Shown here: piece after piece, positions 28,036-36,005 of the stretch
Layout of the letters: every line of letters starts with the position of its first letter
Position numbering within the stretch: the first letter of the stretch is position 1
Translations under genes and position numbers: made by a program
Assembly: GCA_028288025.1 (NCBI GenBank)
Contig: JAQBOM010000014.1
Coordinates: 26,477 to 90,476 of the forward strand
Source: Mucilaginibacter sp.
GTDB taxonomy: Bacteria; Bacteroidota; Bacteroidia; Sphingobacteriales; Sphingobacteriaceae
Reading direction: 5' to 3'
Length of the DNA: 64,000 nucleotides
Notes under the pieces: model-generated
Seen by the model: the letters and a program-made list of their open reading frames with translations, nothing else
Database searches by the model: none
What the model was told of the DNA's origin: nothing

Positions 28036-28271
28036 AGGCTATCACAGTTGAAAGAATAGAATTAATATCTTTTTGATACCTGTTCTATTTCCTAGTTCTG
28101 GACAATCAACAAGGCTCATTTTTTGAACTTCTAACATCAAAAATAAATAGCCGGATTTGGACGATCCCATTAAAATATTTGGTTTAGATATATCCTTCTT
28201 AGTTAGATAATTATAACAATCGCGTGATTAACCAACACGCAAAGTAAACATACGTTAGTAAATTACTGAAA

Positions 28272-28291
28272 ATACCGTGTTTTCACGGTAT
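28272..28291. promoter_or_regulatory. Perfect 8-4-8 palindrome ATACCGTG-TTTT-CACGGTAT upstream of the fibre/RHS block
   Basis: Read directly; it lies ~240 nt upstream of the ATG at 28533. Its right 15 nt (GTGTTTTCACGGTAT, 28277-28291) recur exactly at 14957-14971, upstream of the PLD-patatin operon. Confidence 0.4.
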
Positions 28292-28321
28292 CTATATCAA
28301 AAAAATGTTTTTACTATTGTC

Positions 28322-28350
28322 TTGACAACGCAATTTATATTGCTTGTCAA
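28322..28350. promoter_or_regulatory. Imperfect 13/12-nt-arm palindrome TTGACAACGCAAT-TTAT-ATTGCTTGTCAA
   Basis: Read directly; it lies ~185 nt upstream of the first fibre gene. The arms match except for one missing G. Confidence 0.35.
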
Positions 28351-28532
28351 AACATTTTTTAACCTTAACTCACCTTAATCACAACATTATGAAAAATTTT
28401 CCTGTGGCGTTTCCATCGCCTCCCAACAATTAATATTCTCGGTAAAACGGTCATTTTTTCAACCCGGATGCTTTCATATTGGTGAAAAGCATGCTTTACG
28501 ACATGCAACCCCTTTGCAGTTAATTTGAACCC

Positions 28533-29936
28533 ATGAAAAAAATCTCTATTACACTCATCGCAGTAATTGTACTAATGCAGTTTGGTCACGCCCAATGGAC
28601 AACCAGCGGCAGCAATATTTACAACACTAATACCGGCAATGTTGGTATTGGCACAACAACACCGAGTCAAAAACTGGTTGTGATCGGCAATGCCAATGTT
28701 ATCGGGCAATTACGGGCAGACCTGGGTGCAACTGGTACCAGCCTGGTCGTAACTGGGTCAGGTTCAAATTTTCAAATTGGCCACAACGGTACTTCGCATG
28801 TCCAGGTGTTTAACTCCAGCGGCGGTGCTATTCAATTCAACAATTACCTAAATGCTGTTACACTTTTTCATATTGACGGCGGCGGTAATGTCGGCATTGG
28901 CACTACCACACCCGTTGATATTTTTGAAGTATCAAAAAGCTCTACGGCAAAATTTAAGATTTTCACACCTACAAGCTATACCTATCCCACAGATTTTAAT
29001 ACCGGAGTTATCGGATTAGGGTTGTCCAGGAGCGATGGTGTTTATACAGCTGGCATCTATTCATATACTTCTGCTTCCAGTAATGATAATGTCGGCATCG
29101 GTTCAAGAAGCGACATCGTATTTCTTTCTGGCAACGGCGCCTTGGGGCAACAACCCGAAGCAATGAGAATAAAATCGAATGGCAATGTCGGTATCGGCAC
29201 AACAAGCCCCGGATATAAACTGGACATTACTTCGAGCGCTTCCGGAGCTAATGCGAATGGCCTGCGGGTGAATCAAACGGATTTAACTGTAGGGGTTACG
29301 CACAGCTCTGCATTCGCTACGCAACAACTGGGCAGCGGAACTGCAAGGACATTGCTCTATGCCGCGAGTAACACCACCGGGATCACTCAGGGAGAACTTG
29401 ATATTGTAACCGAAAATGGAGGTAGTTTTCTTGCACAACTTGGCTATAATACCACTGGGTCCTCAAACTCGCTTAATTTATACAACGGGTCAACTTCAGC
29501 AATACGACTAAACACAAATGGCAACTCGTACATAAACGGTGGCAATGTAGGCATTGGGACAACCGACCCGGGCACCTATATGCTAGCCGTTAACGGCAGC
29601 GTTCATGCCCGGCAGGTTAACGTTGATATGACCGGCTGGTCGGATTATGTGTTTAATCGTAACTATCTTCTTCCTTCGCTTACTTCGATCAAAGCTTACA
29701 TTGATCAAAACCACCATCTGCCCGACATGCCATCCGAACAGCAAATCATTAAAGACGGGCTGAACTTGGGCGAGATGAATAAGCTGTTGGTGAAGAAGAT
29801 TGAGGAGTTAACGCTATATCTGATTCAAGAGGACAATAAAGATAACGAGCAATCAGTCCAGCTAAAATATCAGCAGGAACAAATTAACAAATTGCAGGAA
29901 CAGCTGAATCAGTTAATTAAAATTTCAGGAAAATAA
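28533..29936 (+). CDS. Secreted fibre-like repeat protein, paralogue 1 (GNVGIGTT repeats + conserved C-terminal domain + coiled coil)
   Basis: 467 aa with a signal peptide ending HAQW. There are four strong GNVGIGTT[TSD]P repeats plus one degenerate DNVGIGS copy. The conserved tail is VNGSVHARQVNVDMTGWSDYVFNRNYLLPSLTSIKAYIDQNHHLPDMPSEQQIIKDGLNLGEMNKLLVKKIEELTLYLI, followed by a Q/E/K-rich coiled coil. Confidence 0.8.
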   Translation: MKKISITLIAVIVLMQFGHAQWTTSGSNIYNTNTGNVGIGTTTPSQKLVVIGNANVIGQLRADLGATGTSLVVTGSGSNFQIGHNGTSHVQVFNSSGGAIQFNNYLNAVTLFHIDGGGNVGIGTTTPVDIFEVSKSSTAKFKIFTPTSYTYPTDFNTGVIGLGLSRSDGVYTAGIYSYTSASSNDNVGIGSRSDIVFLSGNGALGQQPEAMRIKSNGNVGIGTTSPGYKLDITSSASGANANGLRVNQTDLTVGVTHSSAFATQQLGSGTARTLLYAASNTTGITQGELDIVTENGGSFLAQLGYNTTGSSNSLNLYNGSTSAIRLNTNGNSYINGGNVGIGTTDPGTYMLAVNGSVHARQVNVDMTGWSDYVFNRNYLLPSLTSIKAYIDQNHHLPDMPSEQQIIKDGLNLGEMNKLLVKKIEELTLYLIQEDNKDNEQSVQLKYQQEQINKLQEQLNQLIKISGK

Positions 29937-29946
29937 AATTAAAAAA

Positions 29947-31224
29947 ATGAAGAAGGTTTATTTGTTGCTCATCACTATTTTGGCTGCCGTTCAATTCTCA
30001 CATGCTCAATGGGCTGCCAGCGGAACCAATATTTACAATACTAATACCGGCAAAGTTGGTATCGGCACATCTTCGCCCGCGGCTCAGCTTACCGTTCAAA
30101 AGGATTCGGCGGCCACCCAAACGCTTTACGTAAACCGCCTGGCAAATGCCTCACTCGAATTGGTTTCCACTACTAGTAGTGCGCAAGCGACCATCCAGTC
30201 TCAGCCCACATCCCTTTCCATATTAAGCTTTAATCACAGTACGACTAATTATGGAAATATTTACACGAATTCAAACAACAGCTCGCTCAACATTAATGGA
30301 GTCCAAAATGGGCCTCTTGTTTTTTCGGTAAACAACAACGAAGTTATGCGGATGTTACCTTCCGGCAACATCGGTATCGGCAGCACTACTCCGTCTCAAA
30401 AGCTACAAGTCGGGACGGGCACCGACCCCACAGGTATTATTTCATTATGGAACGCATACTCCACTTCGCAAGCCGGACAAATACTATTTAAATCAAACAA
30501 CAACTTTAACGCGAATATCGGTATAGCAGCAATTTCTACAGTAGATATGGGTACTGTAAACGAATCGAAAGGATCATTGATATTTGCCACAGGCAACCAG
30601 GCGGCCCCCGCTGAACATATGCGTATTGATAACCTCGGCAACGTAGGCATTGGGACAACAAGCCCCGGTGCAAACCTTGATATTCAGGGAACTGGCACGG
30701 TACTCGAACGTATTCTATCCTTCGGGAGTATTGCAACGTTACAGCTACGTAATTCAAGTCAAACATGGTCTGTTACAAACCAAGGCACACTTTCTGTATT
30801 TGATGAAACTGCCGGCCTGGCAAGAATTTCTGTATTGTCTGGCACTGGCAATGTCGGTATTGGCACCACAACTCCGGGCACCTACAAACTTGCTGTCAAC
30901 GGTAATGTACACGCCCAGCAGGTTAGCGTTGATCTGACCGGCTGGGGTGATTACGTGTTTGACCGGGATTATACACTTCCTTCGTTAACGCAGATAAAAA
31001 CCTATATCGATCAAAACCACCACTTACCGGACATCCCTTCGGAGCAGCAAATCATTAAGGATGGGTTGAACCTGGGCGAAATAAATAAGCTGCTGGTGAA
31101 GAAGGTGGAAGAACTGACCCTTTATTTGATCGCCTGGGATGAAAAGGAGAAGAGTCAGGATATAAAAATTGACAAATTGGAACAGCGCCTGGCGTTATTA
31201 GAAAAACAGATAGCAAATAAATAA
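29947..31224 (+). CDS. Secreted fibre-like repeat protein, paralogue 2
   Basis: 425 aa with the same signal peptide and N-terminal box (AQWAASGTNIYNTNTGKVGIGTSSP). It has four G[NK][VI]GIG repeats, the same C-terminal domain and a divergent middle. Confidence 0.8.
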   Translation: MKKVYLLLITILAAVQFSHAQWAASGTNIYNTNTGKVGIGTSSPAAQLTVQKDSAATQTLYVNRLANASLELVSTTSSAQATIQSQPTSLSILSFNHSTTNYGNIYTNSNNSSLNINGVQNGPLVFSVNNNEVMRMLPSGNIGIGSTTPSQKLQVGTGTDPTGIISLWNAYSTSQAGQILFKSNNNFNANIGIAAISTVDMGTVNESKGSLIFATGNQAAPAEHMRIDNLGNVGIGTTSPGANLDIQGTGTVLERILSFGSIATLQLRNSSQTWSVTNQGTLSVFDETAGLARISVLSGTGNVGIGTTTPGTYKLAVNGNVHAQQVSVDLTGWGDYVFDRDYTLPSLTQIKTYIDQNHHLPDIPSEQQIIKDGLNLGEINKLLVKKVEELTLYLIAWDEKEKSQDIKIDKLEQRLALLEKQIANK

Positions 31225-31228
31225 GATT

Positions 31229-32629
31229 ATGAAAATAATTTCCCTAACGCTTGTTGCTTTATTATCAATAACCCAGTTAACACAAGCCCAATGGACAACC
31301 AGCGGCAGCGATATTTACAACACCAATTCCGGCAATGTGGGGATTGGCACGACCACGCCGACGGAGAAACTGGATGTTATCGGTATAATAAAGGCTACCT
31401 CTTTCAATGTCAAAGGGGCTACAGCGGTCGAAATAGCGGGGCTGACGGGTACCGGTATGGGGTATAGCCCCACTTCCTATCCTGCTGTAGCTGTCGGTAT
31501 TCTTAGTGGCACGGGTGTAACTTCCATAGGATATAACCCATTAACAAACACAGGCGGTAATTTTGCAGGGGATGGCTCCGAGGTGCTGTTCAGAAATATT
31601 GTAAAATTCATTCAACCTAATGCAGGCGGAACTGACTATCTGTCTTCTACGCTGACAATGAACAACGGCAATGTCGGAATCGGCACTACAAGCCCCACTT
31701 TTAAACTTGATGTGCTGGCGGGCAATGATAACCAGGTATTTCTCGATAATGCCGGCAGCCAATACACGTCCATGTACTTTGCCAATAACGGCACAAAAAA
31801 AGGACAGGTTTTTTACGACAATACCAATTCGTATTTGGGTGTAGGCGGGGCGGCAACAGGAACCGGAACACGTTTTTTTTATGGCGCTGGTACCCTGGCT
31901 ATGACAATTGACGGAAGTTCAGGCAACGTCGGCATCGGCACAATGACACCCGGTTCTTTGGTGGATCTATACGCGCTTGCTCCAGCGGTTAAACTTTCCC
32001 CGAGTTCATATGGTGGTACGAACTATTCTACATATCTCGGATCTCTTCAAACAGCCGTTGGTATGCTTCAACTGGGCAACAACGGGCAAAATGACATCGT
32101 AGCAGGCAATACAAACACAGGCGGATTTTTTCGGTTCATTGTTAATAACAGCAACACATTTCCAAGCGCTGCTAATGGAACGATCGCCATGCTGATCAAT
32201 CCCGCAGGCAATGTCGGCATTGGAACGACGACTCCCGGCAGCTTTAAACTGGCTGTCAATGGTAATGTACATGCCCAGCAAGTTAACGTTGACCTGATCG
32301 GCTGGTCGGATTACGTGTTTAAACGAAGTTATGTGCTGCCATCGCTCGCCAAAGTAAAAACCTACATCGATCAAAACCACCGCCTGCCTGATATGCCATC
32401 GGAGCAGCAAATAATTAAAGATGGATTGAACCTAGGCGAAATGAATAAGCTGCTGGCCAAAAAAGTAGAGGAACTGACGTTATACTTGATCGAACAAGAT
32501 GCAAAAGAAAATAACCAGGAAATAATCAATTCGCAATTGGCAGATAAATTAAAAGCCCAGCAGGCTGAAATAAACGCATTAAATCAAAAAGTGAATACGC
32601 TGCTGAACAAAATCACTCATAATCAATAA
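31229..32629 (+). CDS. Secreted fibre-like repeat protein, paralogue 3
   Basis: 466 aa. AQWTTSGSDIYNTNSGNVGIGTTTP, four repeats, the same C-terminal domain and a longer coiled-coil tail. Confidence 0.8.
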   Translation: MKIISLTLVALLSITQLTQAQWTTSGSDIYNTNSGNVGIGTTTPTEKLDVIGIIKATSFNVKGATAVEIAGLTGTGMGYSPTSYPAVAVGILSGTGVTSIGYNPLTNTGGNFAGDGSEVLFRNIVKFIQPNAGGTDYLSSTLTMNNGNVGIGTTSPTFKLDVLAGNDNQVFLDNAGSQYTSMYFANNGTKKGQVFYDNTNSYLGVGGAATGTGTRFFYGAGTLAMTIDGSSGNVGIGTMTPGSLVDLYALAPAVKLSPSSYGGTNYSTYLGSLQTAVGMLQLGNNGQNDIVAGNTNTGGFFRFIVNNSNTFPSAANGTIAMLINPAGNVGIGTTTPGSFKLAVNGNVHAQQVNVDLIGWSDYVFKRSYVLPSLAKVKTYIDQNHRLPDMPSEQQIIKDGLNLGEMNKLLAKKVEELTLYLIEQDAKENNQEIINSQLADKLKAQQAEINALNQKVNTLLNKITHNQ

Positions 32630-32635
32630 CGCTCT

Positions 32636-33079
32636 ATGCTTAGGTCCAGGTTTATATTAAGCCTAATCGTTTTTACGGTAACCTGCAGCCTTTTTAGCTG
32701 CCGGAATAATTCATCGGTCAAAGCGTTCAAGCGGGACGGCCTGGCCATCGAGATCGCGCGAATAGCCGGTGAACCAGGCGCTGCTTCAGGACTCAATTAT
32801 TCCGCTCGCCTGATCCCTGATAAAAAGCTGGCAGATACGAAAGACAAGGAACTGACCAGCGCTTTGTGGTACCGTATGGACAGCTGTTTTTATTTGCAGC
32901 AAGGTGGCAAAAAAGTGTTCGCAAGCATTATCCAGCCTATCGCAAACGGCGTAGCCGGCAGCTACGAATATTTTTTGTCATTTGATATCAGTCAGGCCGA
33001 GGAAAGCAAATGGCATTTGATTTACCAGGATAAATACCTGAACCAAAAAAAATATTCGCTGAACCTCGGCGATCAATAA
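32636..33079 (+). CDS. Small lipoprotein, unknown function
   Basis: 147 aa. MLRSRFILSLIVFTVTCSLFSC has a lipobox-like Cys. It starts 6 nt after fibre gene 3 and ends 22 nt before the giant gene. Confidence 0.65.
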   Translation: MLRSRFILSLIVFTVTCSLFSCRNNSSVKAFKRDGLAIEIARIAGEPGAASGLNYSARLIPDKKLADTKDKELTSALWYRMDSCFYLQQGGKKVFASIIQPIANGVAGSYEYFLSFDISQAEESKWHLIYQDKYLNQKKYSLNLGDQ

Positions 33080-33101
33080 AACCAATCCAGAACTGACCAT
33101 T

Positions 33102-36005
33102 ATGATCATAATCTGCAAATTACGAAAAAAAGCTGCCATAGGAATGCTCATTATCTGGATCATCAACCTGATGTCCCCGTCGCTTGTCTTCGCGCTTACT
33201 TCGGGGCCTGTGCAGCCGGAAAGCAAAGGCTTCCAACCCGCCGGCGTTTCGGACATGGTCGACCTGCAGTCGGGCGCCCTGAAATATAATATACCACTGC
33301 TGGATATTGACGGTTACCCGATCAACCTGAACTACCAGTCCGGCACCGGGATCGATGACGAGGCCAGCTGGGTGGGCCTTGGATGGAACCTTAATCCGGG
33401 CGCGATCACCCGCCAGGTTAGAGGGTTGCCGGATGACTATTCCGGCGATATTGTCGAAACAGACCATTATATTAAGCCCAAGGTAACAGTTGGGGGGCGC
33501 CTTACGGCTAAAGTGGAATATGATGGCATCGCCAGGCCCAGCGGGTCGTTTACATTCGGTGTTTTTAATGACAATTATACCGGGCTTGGCGCCGAGCTGG
33601 GCGCGAACGCCGGTATATCCTATAACTTTGTCAATGATGGCTTCCTGACTGCTGGCCTCGGGGCGGGGGTTTTATCCAATACCCAATCAGGTGTTGACGT
33701 TTCATTTTCGCCCTATGTTTCGCTAAGCATCAAAGAAAATTCAGACAACAACCTGACCATGAGAGCAGGGCTGTCCGGTTCATTTGGTTATAATAGCCGT
33801 TCCGGATTGAAAGCGCTTACCCTGGGGACAAGCTTTGGCCTCAGCAATTCCGAAGGGGAAAAGTCCGGCTGTGCGGAATACAGTATCGGCGGGTCAGTTA
33901 TTTCCTATAATACAGAGCCCATCTCCCCAACCATCCGCGTTCCCTATAGCTCGAACTACGGATCATTCAGTTTCGATATCGGCGGAGAGGCCTTTGGCCT
34001 GTTCGGGTCAGTGGGCGGTACCGGGTACCAGAATGTCCGGCAGGTAAAAACCATCACTAACCCAAAACCAGCCTTTGGCTTTTTATATGCGGAACGGGGA
34101 AAAAACAACCAGGACGCTGTAATGGATTTTATCAGGGAGAATGATAACCCGGTTATCCCGTCGCTGCCTGACCTGGCGATCCCCGTTCATACGCCCGATT
34201 CATGGAGCTATACCAGCCAGGTCGGAAGCGGGCAGTTCCGGCTCTACCGCGGTGGCTCCGGCGCGTTTTTTGATAACCAAGCGACTGACGGTTCAACCGT
34301 ATCAACCACGGGCGGCGACATCGGGATTGGCGCATGGGTTCATGGCGGTATTACGCATTATACCCAAAATGCGAAAACCACCACGCGCAAATGGACGAAC
34401 AACAACGGGTACCTGCCAAACGGAGATTTCCAAAACCCTGACTTTACCAATCCCTCTGCGGAGCATGTTTATTTCAGGCAGGTGGGCGAAAAAAATACCG
34501 AAGACCAGGATATGGATAGCCGGCTTGCAGGTACGCAGGCGGTGGAAGTCGACGTTGTAGGATCAACAGCGTATCACCAGTTCAGGAATGCGGGGAACTT
34601 GCATGGAGGCACTATCCCCGTTGGCTCGCCGATCGCAAAAACGTCCAGGAGGCCCAACCGGACGGTCATTTCATACCTGACGGCAGCTGAAGGCGAACAG
34701 GCTGCCCTCGACAAAAAAATACTGACCTACTCTTTCGTTGATTCGTCAGCGGTTCCCTCGCTGACGCCGTCTCCGGCGATAGCGGCAAGCTGCAACCGCG
34801 TCGATGATGTCCATAAGGCCCATCATATATCGGAGATGACGGTAACGGACGATGGCGGCAAGAGGATGGTTTACGGTATACCAGTCTACAATATTTCCCA
34901 GGACGAATACTCTTTCGCCATCGATCCGGCTTCGAGAGATGCCAATAACCTCGTTGACGTACCACCCGGCATTACCAGCCCGACCGGCGACCCGAATGGC
35001 ATCGATCATTATTACCACGCTGAACATAAACCGTCCTATTCGACAGGTTTTTTGCTGACCGCGATCCTGTCGCCGGATTATGTCGATAAGACCGGTGACG
35101 GCATCACCAACGATGACCTGGGCACAGCCATTAAGTTCAATTATTCAAAGCTGCCTTATTATTATAAATGGCGGACGCCTTATAAAAGGGCCAGCCCAAA
35201 CCGGGGATTGTTGGCAGACCCGGACGATGACAAAGCCAGCATCGTTTACGGCCAAAAGGAGGTTTGGCATGTGCAGTCCATCGAATCGAAGAGCAAAATA
35301 GCCTATTTCATTACGCAGGACCGCAGGGATGCACTGGGCGTAACCGGGTGGCAATATGGCGACCAAGACCCGGCCAATAAGCAAAAATGCTTGAGGGAGA
35401 TACGGCTTTACTCAAAAGCGGATATGAGCCGGCCAATAAAAGTCGTCAAATTCCAATACACCTATGAGTTGTGCCGCGGCATACCGAATTCAGCAGACGT
35501 GGGGAGCACAAATCCCATGCTGGCCGGGAAACTTACCTTGTCAAAAGTGTGGTTCGAATACGGGAATTCGGATAAAGGCAAATACCACCCCTATACTTTT
35601 CAATACAATAAAACGACATCTACTTACTCCACAGTTAATTATGGGTACTCCGTGACCGACCGCTGGGGCATTTACAAACTACCCGGAGAAAATGTCACAG
35701 GCCTGGATAACGAACAGTACCCTTATACCAACCAGACTAAAACGGTGCTGGATGGTAATAGCGCCTTATGGCAGTTAAACCAGGTGACCCTGCCTACCGG
35801 GGGCATCATCAATATGTCCTACGAATCGGGTGATTACGCTTATGTACAGGACAAAAAAGCTATGAGCATGAACCCCGGTTCAAAACCTCATCAATGCGTC
35901 CAACGGAACAGTGTCAGCTGCCAACTTAAACCTGGCGACCGGTATCAGCGTGAATATTGGTACCTCTATAACGCCTCCCTCCGGGGATGCCACTGCCTGG
36001 TTTAA
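33102..36005 (+). CDS. Giant secreted SpvB/TcB-N-terminal-like protein, first reading frame (same gene as 35911..39636, split by a 1-nt frame change near 35873-35876)
   Basis: After the signal peptide comes TSGPVQPESKGFQPAGVSDMVDLQSGALKYNIPLLDIDGYPINLNYQSGTGIDDEASWVGLGWNLNPGAITRQVRGLPDDY. This matches the L-x-Y-x-S...G-x-GW-x-L...I-x-R...G-x-P-x-Y pattern I associate with the SpvB/TcB N-terminal domain. The last ~40 codons (NPGSKPHQCVQRNSVSC...) look like out-of-frame read-through. Confidence 0.7.
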   Translation: MIIICKLRKKAAIGMLIIWIINLMSPSLVFALTSGPVQPESKGFQPAGVSDMVDLQSGALKYNIPLLDIDGYPINLNYQSGTGIDDEASWVGLGWNLNPGAITRQVRGLPDDYSGDIVETDHYIKPKVTVGGRLTAKVEYDGIARPSGSFTFGVFNDNYTGLGAELGANAGISYNFVNDGFLTAGLGAGVLSNTQSGVDVSFSPYVSLSIKENSDNNLTMRAGLSGSFGYNSRSGLKALTLGTSFGLSNSEGEKSGCAEYSIGGSVISYNTEPISPTIRVPYSSNYGSFSFDIGGEAFGLFGSVGGTGYQNVRQVKTITNPKPAFGFLYAERGKNNQDAVMDFIRENDNPVIPSLPDLAIPVHTPDSWSYTSQVGSGQFRLYRGGSGAFFDNQATDGSTVSTTGGDIGIGAWVHGGITHYTQNAKTTTRKWTNNNGYLPNGDFQNPDFTNPSAEHVYFRQVGEKNTEDQDMDSRLAGTQAVEVDVVGSTAYHQFRNAGNLHGGTIPVGSPIAKTSRRPNRTVISYLTAAEGEQAALDKKILTYSFVDSSAVPSLTPSPAIAASCNRVDDVHKAHHISEMTVTDDGGKRMVYGIPVYNISQDEYSFAIDPASRDANNLVDVPPGITSPTGDPNGIDHYYHAEHKPSYSTGFLLTAILSPDYVDKTGDGITNDDLGTAIKFNYSKLPYYYKWRTPYKRASPNRGLLADPDDDKASIVYGQKEVWHVQSIESKSKIAYFITQDRRDALGVTGWQYGDQDPANKQKCLREIRLYSKADMSRPIKVVKFQYTYELCRGIPNSADVGSTNPMLAGKLTLSKVWFEYGNSDKGKYHPYTFQYNKTTSTYSTVNYGYSVTDRWGIYKLPGENVTGLDNEQYPYTNQTKTVLDGNSALWQLNQVTLPTGGIINMSYESGDYAYVQDKKAMSMNPGSKPHQCVQRNSVSCQLKPGDRYQREYWYLYNASLRGCHCLV

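Noticed and set aside
28518-28525. TTAATTTG just upstream of the first fibre gene as a Bacteroidota -7 box
   Set aside because: It has only one spacer nucleotide (TA-A-TTTG), so it does not fit TAnnTTTG, and it lies within 15 nt of the ATG.
35871-35880. Programmed ribosomal frameshift joining the two halves of the giant gene
   Set aside because: There is no X-XXY-YYZ slippery heptamer, and I could find no obvious downstream stem-loop or pseudoknot. A simple 1-nt indel in a C4 run (mutation or sequencing error) is the more economical explanation.
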